Positions 18,277-32,082 of a stretch of DNA of 64,000 bases are shown here, piece by piece. Position numbers and translations under genes: made by a program. The number at the start of each line of letters is the position of its first letter. The stretch's first letter is position 1. Below the pieces are notes generated by a model. It was not told where the DNA came from and searched no databases. It saw nothing but the letters and a program-made list of their open reading frames with translations. Where the stretch lies: NCBI GenBank assembly GCA_963733035.1, contig CAVTBU010000010.1, positions 7,098 through 71,097 of the forward strand, in the 5' to 3' direction. Origin of the DNA: Pirellulales bacterium (GTDB lineage: Bacteria > Planctomycetota > Planctomycetia > Pirellulales > PALSA-1355).

Positions 18277-21183
18277 ATGAACTTACACGTGATCCTGGCG
18301 ATCTTCCGCCGGAACTTCATCAGCTATTTCAGTAATCCGACCGGTTATGTCTTCATTTGCGTGTTTGTGTTGTTGAGCTCGTTCGCCGCCTTCTGGCCGA
18401 ATGAGTTTTTCAACGCCAACCTGGCAAACCTCGACCAGTTGAACCGGTACCTGCCGTACATCCTGCTGGTGTTCATTCCCGCGATCACCATGAGCATTTG
18501 GGCGGATGAGCGGCGGCAGGGGACCGACGAACTGCTGCTGACGATTCCGGCCGGCGACTTCGACGTGGTGCTGGGTAAGTACCTGGCGGCGGTGGCGATC
18601 TACAGCGTGTCGCTGGCGTTCTCGCTGGTTTCGAACTGGGCGGTGCTGATCAGCCTGGGCTGGCCGGACGGCGGCCTGCTAATGGGGACCTACTTTGGCT
18701 ACTGGATCGTCGGTCTGGCGATGCTTTCGATCGGCATGGTGGCTTCGTTCCTGACGGGCAACCTGACCGTGGGATTCATTCTGGGCGCGCTATTCAACGC
18801 ACCGCTGGCGTTTGCCGGCTCAATGCCCGATTGGGCCTGGCTGCGGCCGCTCAAACAGCTCAGCATCAGCGAGCAGTTTCGCGATTTTGCCAGCGGCGTG
18901 ATCAGCTTTGCCAGCGTCGGATACTTTCTGGCGATCGTGGCGATCATGCTCTACCTCAGCGTGGTGCTCATCGGCCGTCGTCATTGGCGCGGCGGGGTCG
19001 AGGGGAGCAACACGGCCGTGCACTACCTGATCCGATTCTTGGCGCTGGTGCTGGTCGTGGTTTGCCTGAACGTGTTCCTCACGCGGCACGATTCGTTGCG
19101 GGCCGACGTGACGACCGAACAGATCAACTCGCTCTCGCCGCAGAGCCGGCAGCTGATCAAGGACATCGATCCGGCCCATCCGGTGGTGATCGAATACTTT
19201 GTCAGCCCGACGGTGCCCGAGTCGTACGTGCAGACGCGGCTGAATTTGCTGTCGACACTGCGCGAGTTTCAGGCGCTGGGCGGAGACAAGATTCGCGTCA
19301 TCGGCCACGAGGTGGAGCCGTTTAGCGAAGAAGCAACCATTGCCGAGCAGCAGTACAAGATCACCCCCGTGCCGGTCGAGGGACGAGCTCGCGGCGCTTT
19401 CACGCGCGAGGAGATCTTCCTGGGGCTGGCGATCAATTGCGGGCTCGACAAGGTCGTGATTCCGTTTCTCGATCGGGGCATTCCGGTGGAATATGAGTTG
19501 GTGCGTTCGATTGCCACGGTGAGCCAGCAGGAGCGGAAGAAGGTGGGCGTGCTGCAAACCGACGCCCAGCTGTACGGCAGCTTCAACATGCAGACGATGA
19601 TGCCGGGCCAGAACCAGCAGATCATCGAGGAATTGGAAAAGCAGTACGAGGTGGTGCAGGTTGACGCCAGCAGCCCGATTACCGAAAAGTTCGACGTGCT
19701 GTTGGCCGTGCAGCCGTCGTCGTTGGGGCCCGAACCGATGAAGAACTTCATCGCCGCGGTCAAAGCGGGGCAAAAGACGGCGATCTTCGAAGATCCGTTT
19801 CCGCTGCTCAACCCCGAGATTCCCGGCACCAACGCCCCCAAGATGCCGCCGGGTGCCAACAATCCGTTCATGCAGCAGCGGCAGCCGCCGCAGCCCAAGG
19901 GAGACATCACCGAGTTGTGGGCGCTGCTGGGCGTCGACTTCACGGGCAACAAGGTCGCCTGGCAGGACTACAATCCGTTTCCCAAGCTGCCGGGATTGCC
20001 GCACGAATGGGTGTTCATCGAACGGGGTTCGGGAGCGAAGGAAGCATTCAACCCGGAAAGCCCGATTACCCGCGACCTGCAGCAAGTGCTGTTCCTGTTT
20101 CCGGGAAGCGTCACAGGTTTGAATTCCTCGGATCTGAAATTCAAACAGTTGGCGACGACCAACAACAAGACGGGAACCATTCTCGCCGACCAGATCATGC
20201 AGCGGAGCTTCATGGGTCCGCCGCAAATGAATCCCGACATTCCGCTGTTGGAAAAGCCGACCGGCGACACGTACGTGATGGCGGCTCGCATCACCGGCAA
20301 GGTTCCGGCGGCCGCCGAAAGCCCGCTGCACGGGCTGAATCTGCCGGCGGGGCATCCGGCGGTCAAGAATCTGCCGATGTCGGATCAGGAAGCGAAGGTC
20401 GAGTCGGAGACCGAGGATACCAAGGCCGAGGAAGCGGACGCGAAGACTGCCGAAGCGGACGCGACAGCGACCGCCAAGGAAGAGGGCACGGACACGAAGG
20501 CGGACGAATCGGCCAAGGACACCGAAGCCAAGGAAGCCGAGGCCAAGCCGGCCGCCGAGCCCGAGATCAACGTGGTGCTGGTGGCGGACATCGACTGTCT
20601 GTTCGGCGAGTTTTTCCGATTGCGTGCCCGCGGCACCGACACGGCCGATGAGATCGAGTTCCAGTTTGACAACGTGCCGTTCGTGCTCAACGTGCTGGAC
20701 GTGTTGGCTGGCGACGATCGCTTTGTGGAGATTCGCACCCGTCGACCGACGCACCGCTCGCTGACGCAATTGCAGAAGCGGACCGAAAGCGCGCATGCCA
20801 AAGCCGACAAGGCGCGTGAGAAGTTCCAGCAGGATTTCGAAAACGCCCGCCTCAAGGCCCAGACGGCCTTCGATCAGAAGATTCAGGCCCTGCAAAAGCG
20901 CGAGGGCGTGAATCGGCAGCAGGCCGCGATCGACGTGTTGGCCGCGCAGCAGCAAGGCCAGCGCGAGTTGGACGTGAAATTGGAAACGCTGAAGAACGAG
21001 CGCGATCAGGCGCTCAAGGCGGCCCAGCGCGAGCTGGATCAGAACATTCACTCGGTGCAAGATCGCTATAAGCTGTGGGCGATTCTGTTGCCGCCGATTC
21101 CGCCGTTGGTCGTTGGACTTATCGTATTTTTCAATCGCCGGGCCCGCGAACGCGAAGGCGTTTCGCGTGCTCGCCTGCGTTAG
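18277..21183 (+). CDS. fused ABC-2 permease (GldF-like) / GldG-like 'ABC-type uncharacterized transport system' protein
   Basis: The first ~240 aa form a six-helix ABC-2 permease. A periplasmic GldG-type domain follows (INSLSPQSRQLIKDID...PVVIEYFVS...). Next come an acidic Lys/Glu/Ala/Thr-rich tract, a coiled coil and a terminal TM helix. Confidence 0.8.
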   Translation: MNLHVILAIFRRNFISYFSNPTGYVFICVFVLLSSFAAFWPNEFFNANLANLDQLNRYLPYILLVFIPAITMSIWADERRQGTDELLLTIPAGDFDVVLGKYLAAVAIYSVSLAFSLVSNWAVLISLGWPDGGLLMGTYFGYWIVGLAMLSIGMVASFLTGNLTVGFILGALFNAPLAFAGSMPDWAWLRPLKQLSISEQFRDFASGVISFASVGYFLAIVAIMLYLSVVLIGRRHWRGGVEGSNTAVHYLIRFLALVLVVVCLNVFLTRHDSLRADVTTEQINSLSPQSRQLIKDIDPAHPVVIEYFVSPTVPESYVQTRLNLLSTLREFQALGGDKIRVIGHEVEPFSEEATIAEQQYKITPVPVEGRARGAFTREEIFLGLAINCGLDKVVIPFLDRGIPVEYELVRSIATVSQQERKKVGVLQTDAQLYGSFNMQTMMPGQNQQIIEELEKQYEVVQVDASSPITEKFDVLLAVQPSSLGPEPMKNFIAAVKAGQKTAIFEDPFPLLNPEIPGTNAPKMPPGANNPFMQQRQPPQPKGDITELWALLGVDFTGNKVAWQDYNPFPKLPGLPHEWVFIERGSGAKEAFNPESPITRDLQQVLFLFPGSVTGLNSSDLKFKQLATTNNKTGTILADQIMQRSFMGPPQMNPDIPLLEKPTGDTYVMAARITGKVPAAAESPLHGLNLPAGHPAVKNLPMSDQEAKVESETEDTKAEEADAKTAEADATATAKEEGTDTKADESAKDTEAKEAEAKPAAEPEINVVLVADIDCLFGEFFRLRARGTDTADEIEFQFDNVPFVLNVLDVLAGDDRFVEIRTRRPTHRSLTQLQKRTESAHAKADKAREKFQQDFENARLKAQTAFDQKIQALQKREGVNRQQAAIDVLAAQQQGQRELDVKLETLKNERDQALKAAQRELDQNIHSVQDRYKLWAILLPPIPPLVVGLIVFFNRRAREREGVSRARLR

Positions 21184-21201
21184 GGAACGAGGTTGTCATC
21201 C

Positions 21202-23007
21202 ATGCAATCGAATGAGAATAAAAAAACGCTGACCTATCTCCTGGTGGCCGGCATGGCCTTGCTGGTGGCCTGGGAACCGTGGCGACCGGCACCCGCCGAT
21301 ACGAGCGTGCCGGACCAGGTGGGCAAGAAGCTGTTTCCCAAGTTTGAGAATCCGCTGGCGGCCAAGAGCCTGGAGATCGTGACGTTCAACGAAGAGACCG
21401 CCGCCATTCGCGATTTCAAGGTTGCGCAGGAAAAAGGCGTCTGGGCGATTCCCTCGCACGAGAACTACCCGGCCGACGCCGCCGAGCATATGGCCCAGGC
21501 CGCAACGTCGCTGATGGATCTCAAGATTCTCGGCATGGTCAGCACCAAGCCCGGCGAGCAGAAGACCTACGGCGTGATCACGCCCGACCCCAAGGATCTG
21601 AAGGTTGGCATGACCGGCGTGGGCACCCGGGTGACGATTCGCGACAGTGCCGACAAGGTGCTGGCCGACCTGGTGATCGGCAAGGCGGTGAAAGATGCGC
21701 CGCAGTTGCACTATGTGCGCGAAGCGGATCGCGATCCGATTTACACGGTGGCCGTGAAGACCGACGAGTTCTCGACGAAGTTCGACGATTGGATCGAAAA
21801 AGACCTCTTGAAGCTGAACGCGTTCGACGTTCGCGAGGTGGAGCTGAATGACTACTCGACCCGGTCGGGCGTTACGCCGGAGGGGAATCTTGGTTACGCG
21901 CTGGAAAAGCGAAGCGAAATCGACCTGGCCTTCGACGACTCCAAGAGCGAATGGAAGCTGATCGAGATGAAGGAGTTCGGCGACGACCAGCAAGCGACCA
22001 CGGTCACCTTGACCGAAGGTGAGGAACTGAACACCGAGAAACTGAACGCGATGAAAACGGCGCTCGACGATTTGAAGATCATCGACGTCGAGCGCAAGCC
22101 CGCCGGTTTGAGCCAGGACCTGAAGGCCAGCGACGAGTTCGTCAAGAATCGCGAGGCGTTCGTCTCGCTGCAGCAGCGCGGTTTCCTGCCGCTTGCCGCC
22201 CAGGGCGAACCGTTGCAGATTTATTCGACCGAAGGAGAAGCGACCGTCGCCACCAAGGACGGTGTGAAGTACGTGCTGCGGTTTGGCAATCTGGCCGACG
22301 CCGCCACGACCGAGGCCGGCGACGATGACGCCAAGCAGGAAGGCTCCGGCGAAGCCAAGAGTACCGGTCCCAGCCGCTACCTATTCGTCACGGCCCAGTT
22401 CGACGAGAACCTGATTCCCAAGCCGGAAATGCAGCCGATGCCGGGCGAGGAGAAACCGGCCGAGGCGCAGGCAGAAGAGCCCAAGTCGGACGAAACGCCC
22501 GCCGCCGAAGACAAGCCGGCCGAGGAGCCGGCCGCGGCCGAAGAAAAACCGCAGACCGAAGAGGCAAAGCCGGCTGACGAAGCGAAGCCGGGCGAAGCGG
22601 CCGAGCAAAGCGTGCCGGAAACCAAGACCGCCGCACGGGAAGCGGCTGCCGAGGAACAGCCGGCCGAGGAATCAGCCGCCGAAGAGAAACCGGCCGAAGA
22701 GAAACCGGCCGAGCCGGCCAAACCGGCGACGGCCGAGGAAGCCGAGCGGATTGCCGTCGAAAAGGAAAACAAGCGGCGGCAGGATGAGTACGACGAGAAG
22801 GTGAAGGCCGGCCAGGAGAAGGTCAAGGAGCTCAACGAGCGCTTTGCCGACTGGTACTACATCATCTCGGACGACGTCTATCAGAAGATTCACCTCGGCC
22901 GCAAGGAGATCATCAAGGCCAAGGAAGTCGAGTCGAAAGACGTCGGCAACCTGAAGCCGTTTCAGGAAGGCCTGGGCAAACCGGTGGGTGAACCAGCAAT
23001 TCCGTAG
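21202..23007 (+). CDS. DUF4340-like periplasmic protein with acidic Pro/Ala/Glu/Lys-rich tail
   Basis: N-terminal anchor KKTLTYLLVAGMALLVAW, and its position directly after a GldG-like gene is typical for DUF4340. GAGG lies 9 nt before the ATG at 21202 (the ORF-track start is a TTG at 21193). The family call is from memory. Confidence 0.6.
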   Translation: MQSNENKKTLTYLLVAGMALLVAWEPWRPAPADTSVPDQVGKKLFPKFENPLAAKSLEIVTFNEETAAIRDFKVAQEKGVWAIPSHENYPADAAEHMAQAATSLMDLKILGMVSTKPGEQKTYGVITPDPKDLKVGMTGVGTRVTIRDSADKVLADLVIGKAVKDAPQLHYVREADRDPIYTVAVKTDEFSTKFDDWIEKDLLKLNAFDVREVELNDYSTRSGVTPEGNLGYALEKRSEIDLAFDDSKSEWKLIEMKEFGDDQQATTVTLTEGEELNTEKLNAMKTALDDLKIIDVERKPAGLSQDLKASDEFVKNREAFVSLQQRGFLPLAAQGEPLQIYSTEGEATVATKDGVKYVLRFGNLADAATTEAGDDDAKQEGSGEAKSTGPSRYLFVTAQFDENLIPKPEMQPMPGEEKPAEAQAEEPKSDETPAAEDKPAEEPAAAEEKPQTEEAKPADEAKPGEAAEQSVPETKTAAREAAAEEQPAEESAAEEKPAEEKPAEPAKPATAEEAERIAVEKENKRRQDEYDEKVKAGQEKVKELNERFADWYYIISDDVYQKIHLGRKEIIKAKEVESKDVGNLKPFQEGLGKPVGEPAIP

Positions 23008-23020
23008 GCTGTGTTGCCCG

Positions 23021-23344
23021 CTAGGTGCCGACTTCCCGGCCGAGCGTGCGGAGCAATTCGAGGGTGAAGATGCCGGTGTCGTGGCCGTCGCTGAAGGCGA
23101 TATTGTAGGCGTAGCTGCCCACCGGTTGCATGCTTTGGATCGAGAGCGGCCGGGCTTCGGCCATTGAGAGAACGGTCAGACCGCCCGCCGGTTCGGCCGG
23201 CTGCTTGCGCTGTTCGCGGCAAGTGGCGCAAGGACAGGCCTTGCGCAGCTCGCCAAATGCGATTTCGCGCTGCATGCCGTCGTTCCATACGATGAGCAGC
23301 TTGTTGCCGTCGCGAATTTCGAGTTTGCTGGGTTGTGGATCCAT
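23021..23344 (-). CDS. DUF971 (gamma-butyrobetaine-hydroxylase-like N-terminal) domain protein
   Basis: 107 aa. LLIVWNDGMQREIAFGELRKACPCATCRE...YAYNIAFSDGHDTGIFTLELL matches the DUF971 pattern. Confidence 0.75.
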   Translation of the reverse strand: MDPQPSKLEIRDGNKLLIVWNDGMQREIAFGELRKACPCATCREQRKQPAEPAGGLTVLSMAEARPLSIQSMQPVGSYAYNIAFSDGHDTGIFTLELLRTLGREVGT

Positions 23345-23355
23345 GCCGGGGTTGC

Positions 23356-24606
23356 TTACTCCAATTCCGTGAGCGCCATCAAAAGCCGCTCGACTTCGCC
23401 GGCTGTGTTGTAATGCAAGAGGCCCAGCCGCACGAGCCCCTCTGGCTCGAGCCCTAGCGATTCGCTCAGCTCCAGGGCGTAAAAATTTCCGTGCCAGGCA
23501 AAAACGCCCCGCTCGGCCAGATACTCAACCAGTTTGAGAGGCGAGCGGCGGGCATGCGTGATCGAGACGGTCGGCACGCGCTGGTCTAGCCGCTCGCGAT
23601 CGTCGATGCCCCACACATGGACGTTGTGCAGATCGGCGAGTCCGGCCAACAACTGCTCGCACAAGTGCCGTTCGTATGCGCCGATTTCGTGAAATGCGTG
23701 GCGCAGCGCCTCGCGGCGCGACGGTGCCGAGGGGTGCATGTGCCTGCCGAGATCGGCCAGATACTCGATGGCGGCCAGCACTCCGGCAATGCCCTCGTGG
23801 TTTTGCGTGCCGGTCATCCAACATTCGGGCAGCGTGTCGGCTGCCGGTCGCACCTTGTAGGGCGTGAGCGTTTCGAGCAGTTCGGCGCGTCCCCATAAGA
23901 TGCCCACGTGGGGGCCGAAGAACTTGTAGGCCGAGCAGGCAAGGTAATCGCAGTCCCAGGCCTCGACGTCGATCAACCCGTGCGGGGCGTAATGCACCGC
24001 GTCGAGATAGACCTGGCTGCCCGCGTCGTGGGCCCAGCGGCAGATATGGGTGACGGGGTTGATCGTGCCCACCGAGTTGGACGCACAACCGACGGCGACC
24101 AACCGCGTGCGGTCGTTGAGCGCATCGCGAAGCGCCATCAGGTCGAGCGTGCAGTCGTCGTGGCGAAACGGGATGAAGTGCACCTTCACGTTTGCGTCGC
24201 GGGCGGCCAACACCCAGGGGCGAACGTTGGCGTCGTGATCGAGCCTGGTGACGATGATCTCGTCGCCGGCCTTCCAGGTGCGAGCCAGCGCGCGGCTGAA
24301 CGCGAAGGTGAGCGAAGTCATGTTCGCGCCGAAAACGGTCGAGTGCCAATCAGGCGCGCCCAACAGATCGGCGACGGCCCGATGGGCTTCTTCCAGCATG
24401 GCATCGCTGTCGATGCTCGTCGGAAATCGACCGCCGTGATTGGCGTTCGTTTCGATCAGGTAGCGGCTGATTGCGTCGATGACCCGCTGGGGTACCTGGC
24501 TGCCGGCCGGGCCGTCGAGGAAAACGGCAGGCCGGTTTCCGAAATTGCGGTGCAGCGCGGGAAACTGCCCGCGACACCAATCGACAGGAAAATTGTGCTC
24601 GTTCAT
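23356..24606 (-). CDS. class V aminotransferase, cysteine-desulfurase-like family
   Basis: 416 aa. QFPAL...VFLDGPAGSQVPQRVIDAI, HDANV, and the PLP-lysine region LACSAYKFFGPHVGILWG. Confidence 0.85.
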   Translation of the reverse strand: MNEHNFPVDWCRGQFPALHRNFGNRPAVFLDGPAGSQVPQRVIDAISRYLIETNANHGGRFPTSIDSDAMLEEAHRAVADLLGAPDWHSTVFGANMTSLTFAFSRALARTWKAGDEIIVTRLDHDANVRPWVLAARDANVKVHFIPFRHDDCTLDLMALRDALNDRTRLVAVGCASNSVGTINPVTHICRWAHDAGSQVYLDAVHYAPHGLIDVEAWDCDYLACSAYKFFGPHVGILWGRAELLETLTPYKVRPAADTLPECWMTGTQNHEGIAGVLAAIEYLADLGRHMHPSAPSRREALRHAFHEIGAYERHLCEQLLAGLADLHNVHVWGIDDRERLDQRVPTVSITHARRSPLKLVEYLAERGVFAWHGNFYALELSESLGLEPEGLVRLGLLHYNTAGEVERLLMALTELE

Positions 24607-24636
24607 GAAAATTGCCGCGGGCGGTTGAGCGATTGG

Positions 24637-25467
24637 TTAGGTGGTGCGCGATTCGTGGTCGGCGTCGCGCAGATCGGTGACAAACATGCAGCCGGGGCTG
24701 TGGGTAATGGCCAGTTCGAGTCGGGCATTGAGTAGCGCCACTTGAGGTGTAACGCCGCAAGCCCAAAACAGGGGCACTTCGCCGGGGTGAATCGTGACCG
24801 CATCGCCAAAGTCGGGGCACGCCAGGTCGCCGATGCCCAACGCGGCCGGATCGCCGACGTGCACGGGGCTGCCGTGCATGGTGGGGAAGCGGCTGGTCAC
24901 TTCCACGACTCGCTCAACCATCTCCGGCGGATAGGGGCGCATGCTCACGACCAGGTTGCCCGCGAATCGGCCGGCCGGCTGGCAGCGAAGCTGCGTACGG
25001 TACATCGGCACGTTGCGCCGCTCGGCAAGGTGCCGCACGGGCAGACCTTCGCGCTCCAGTGCATTCTCGAAGGTAAACGAGCAGCCGAGCAAAAAGGCCA
25101 CCAGATCGTCGCGCCACAGCGAGCGGATGTCGGTGAGTTCCTGCGGATCGAGAATCCCCTGGCGGAATACGCGGTAGCGCGGCACGTCGGTGCGCAAGTC
25201 GGCGCCGGGCGCGGTTATGTGGGGCTCGGGGTCACCGGCGGCCGTTTGTTCGAGTAGCGGGCAAGGGCGGTCGTTCGAGCGGCAAAACTCCGCGAATTCC
25301 GTCGCCGCCTCGGCCGGCAAGATGACGAGGTTGGCCTGCACATAGCCCCGCGCCAGTCCGGCGGTCGGACCGGTCCACGTTCCGGCCCGAATGGCTGCGC
25401 GCAACTGCGCTGCGTTCGCGTCGACCAGCTGGCTGCCGGCTAGTTGTGTTTGGGTGTCGGGTGACAT
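24637..25467 (-). CDS. putative hydro-lyase, DUF1445 / D-glutamate cyclase family
   Basis: 276 aa. RAAIRAGTWTGPTAGLARGYVQANLVILP...FCRSNDRPCPLLE...GDPEP...MRPY...HGSPVH is the UPF0317/DUF1445 pattern. Confidence 0.8.
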   Translation of the reverse strand: MSPDTQTQLAGSQLVDANAAQLRAAIRAGTWTGPTAGLARGYVQANLVILPAEAATEFAEFCRSNDRPCPLLEQTAAGDPEPHITAPGADLRTDVPRYRVFRQGILDPQELTDIRSLWRDDLVAFLLGCSFTFENALEREGLPVRHLAERRNVPMYRTQLRCQPAGRFAGNLVVSMRPYPPEMVERVVEVTSRFPTMHGSPVHVGDPAALGIGDLACPDFGDAVTIHPGEVPLFWACGVTPQVALLNARLELAITHSPGCMFVTDLRDADHESRTT

Positions 25468-26755
25468 CGCTCGTCGATGAATCGTTTACCTTTGCCCTCA
25501 ACCCGTGGCAATGTGCCGAGCGGCACCGCCAGGACTTCGACCTTGAGCCCCAACCGCAGGTGAAGTTCCGTGGCAACCCGATCGGGCTGGCTCAGGCGAT
25601 CTTCGATCTCCACGACCAGGTGATCCATTTCGCCGAGTTTGCGGGCGGTCATGCGATATTCGATTAACTCGGGAAAGCTCCGCAGAATCTGCTCGACCGA
25701 GCTAGGGAAAACGTTGACGCCGCGAATGACCATCATGTCATCCGCGCGCGACAGTACTCCGCCGGGCAGGTAGACGAAGCGATTGTCGCCGCCGTGTTGC
25801 CAACTGGGGCGCACCAGGTCGCCGGTTCGATAGCGAATAATGGGGCTGCCGGCTCGGCCAAGGTTCGTGAGCACGAGTTCGGACAACTCGCCTTCGGCGG
25901 CGCCGGTGCCGGTTTCGACATTGAGGAACTCGGCGATGAAGTCGTGTTCGTTGACGTAAACTCCACCGCCTTGCCAGTCGCCGTAGCCCCAGGGGCCGAC
26001 TTCGGTGGCGCCGCTGTGATCGAGCACGCGGGCTTGCCAGGCTTGTTCGATACGAGCACGAGTGGCGGGCACCGAACCGCCGGGCTCGCCGGCCAGGATG
26101 AGCGTGCGAACGTCCAGTTCGCCAACGTTGATTTGATGCTCGGCGCCCACCTCGGCCAGGTGCAGGGCGTAACTGGGCGTGCAGAAGACGGCGTTGGCTC
26201 CCGTGGTCCGCATCAGTTCAAGCCGGGCGAGCGTCGTCAAACCGCCGCCCGGCACGGCCAGGCAGCCCCGCGGCAGGCGGCATCGAAGGCGCTCCAGAAG
26301 CCGACGAACGGTCCGAACGAAAACGCCATGAAGACGCAATCGCCGGGGTTGATTTCGGCGGCGTCCATGACGAACTGCCAACAATTGAGCCACCAGTCCC
26401 AATCTTCGGCCGTGTCGAGCACGACCAGCGGCCGGCCGCGCGTGCCCGAGGTTTGATGAAAGCGAATGTACTTCTCGCGCGGATACGTCAGGTTCGCGGC
26501 GAGCTGATTGGGGCCCGAAGAAAGCAACTCTTCCTTGAACGTGAAGGGTAGCTCGACCAGTTGGTCGAGCGAACGGAGCGGACCGTCGGGGTGCGAAAGC
26601 GCATCGGCGGGCAGCGCCAACTTTTCCGCGTAAAAGCGATTGTGCGGCAGAATCGTCTTCAGCAGCCCGTTGAGACGCCGCAACTGATGCACAGCGAGCT
26701 GCTTGGCACCCAGGGCCTCAAATTGGCGGCGTTGTTCGAAAGTGGTGGAAATCAT
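25440..26755 (-). pseudogene. phenylacetate-CoA ligase (PaaK)-like adenylate-forming enzyme, interrupted by one apparent frameshift near 26265-26285
   Basis: ORF 26237..26755 gives the N-terminal half (FTFKEELL..., IRFHQTSGTRGRPL, FSFGPFVGFWSAFDAA). ORF 25440..26402 continues from GCLAVPGGGLTT...ILAGEPGG...YRTGDL...MMVIRGVNVFP...LPRVEGKGKRFID. The two parts join into a normal ~435-aa PaaK-family protein. Confidence 0.75.
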
Positions 26756-26898
26756 CCTTCAAATCATAAAGTTCGGCGCGTCGCTCGGCCAGCGGGCACG
26801 CCGCGCGGGATTTGTCATTTGGCCTGGGGGCCTTCGGCCGCGCTGCTAGAATAGCTCAGGTCGACTTTTTACGCCCCGTTCGAAGTAGAATCCCGCCC

Positions 26899-28200
26899 AT
26901 GACGGACACACCCCGCAAAGGCTCGCTGCTGGTTATCTTTCTGACGGTCTTCATCGACCTGTTGGGATTTGGCATGGTGATTCCGCTGTTGCCGATCTAC
27001 GCCAAGGATTTCGCGGCGCAGATGGACCTGGAAGTGGGGCACGCGCGGGTTGGGGTGGTGATCGCGCTGTTGATGTCGAGCTTTTCGGCAATGCAGTTCT
27101 TGTGCGCGCCGCTGTGGGGGCGGCTTTCCGATCGCATCGGCCGGCGGCCGGTGCTGATGTTCGGGCTGATGAGCTCCGTGGTGTTTTACACGCTGTTCGG
27201 CATCGCCACGGTGATGAAGAGCCTGCCGCTGCTGTTCGTCTCGCGAATCGGAGCGGGAATTGCCGGGGCGACGATTTCGACCGCGCATGCCTACATTGCC
27301 GACGTGACCAGCAAGGAAAACCGTGCCAAGGGAATGGCCCTGATCGGCGCCGCCTTTGGACTGGGGTTTACGTTCGGACCGCTGTTCGGTTTTTTTGCCG
27401 TGCCCAGCGGCGAGGGCGATCCGGGACCAGGGCCGGGCTATGCCGCGGCGGGCTTGTCGGCCATTGCCCTGGCGCTGGCGTATTTCAAGCTGCCGGAAAG
27501 CTTGGGGCCCGACAGCCAGGCGGCGCGGCGCCATTGGTTCGAACGCAAGGCACTGGCCGACGCGCTGCGCACACCGGCGATTGGCGTGCTGCTGTTGGCG
27601 ACGTTCATTTGCGTGTTCTCGTTTGCCAACCTGGAATCGACGCTCTCGCTGATACTCAAGAACAAGGATACCGGCTACGAGTTTTCGTTTCGGCAGATCT
27701 GCCTGATCTATGCCTACATCGGCATCGTGTTGGCTTTCGTGCAAGGTGGCATCGTGCGTCCGCTGTCGACGCGCGTGAGCGAACCGGTGTTAGCGGGTTC
27801 GGGCACGCTGGTCGAAATCGGCGGGTTCCTGCTGCTCGCCTATTCGACGACGCAGGCCTCGCTCACGCTGCTGTTGGTGGGCTTGGGAATTGTGGTGAGC
27901 GGTTTCGCGTTCATGACTCCGTCGCTCAATGCGATGCTCTCGCGGTGGACCGACCCGGCCAAGCAGGGCGGAATTCTGGGCATCGGCCAAAGCATTTCGT
28001 CGCTGGCGCGCATCATGGGGCCGATGGCCGGCGTGCCGCTGGTTGAAAACCAGCTTTTGGCCGAGCGGCTGGGCGTGAAAGCCGCGGTGATGCCGCTAAT
28101 GTTGGCCGGCACGATGATGGCGGTGGGATTGCTGCTGATCGTGCTCGCCGCGGTGCGCGGACGCGACTACGAACAGCCGGCCGCCGAACCGGCGGCTTAG
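26899..28200 (+). CDS. MFS transporter
   Basis: Start taken at MTDTPRKGSLLVIFLTVFIDLLGFGMVIPLLP. About twelve hydrophobic segments, with the MFS loop motif GRLSDRIGRRPVL. Confidence 0.8.
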   Translation: MTDTPRKGSLLVIFLTVFIDLLGFGMVIPLLPIYAKDFAAQMDLEVGHARVGVVIALLMSSFSAMQFLCAPLWGRLSDRIGRRPVLMFGLMSSVVFYTLFGIATVMKSLPLLFVSRIGAGIAGATISTAHAYIADVTSKENRAKGMALIGAAFGLGFTFGPLFGFFAVPSGEGDPGPGPGYAAAGLSAIALALAYFKLPESLGPDSQAARRHWFERKALADALRTPAIGVLLLATFICVFSFANLESTLSLILKNKDTGYEFSFRQICLIYAYIGIVLAFVQGGIVRPLSTRVSEPVLAGSGTLVEIGGFLLLAYSTTQASLTLLLVGLGIVVSGFAFMTPSLNAMLSRWTDPAKQGGILGIGQSISSLARIMGPMAGVPLVENQLLAERLGVKAAVMPLMLAGTMMAVGLLLIVLAAVRGRDYEQPAAEPAA

Positions 28201-28212
28201 GCCATCGCCGGC

Positions 28213-32016
<3,804 letters not shown>

Positions 32017-32082
32017 GCGCGCTTTCGCGATGTTGCGGGAAAGAATTGGTTTGTCATTCCCATGCCGCGAGGCTCCCTTCGC

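Noticed and set aside
18820-21060. 746-aa antisense ORF opposite the GldF/GldG-like gene
   Set aside because: This is a typical high-GC shadow ORF, rich in Arg/Leu/His/Gln with no motifs. The plus strand has clear ABC-2 permease and GldG-type sequence. The same reasoning applies to 5414..6451(+), 15691..16950(-), 40171..42111(-), 43480..45264(-), 49476..50756(-), 54915..56000(-) and 58484..59596(-).
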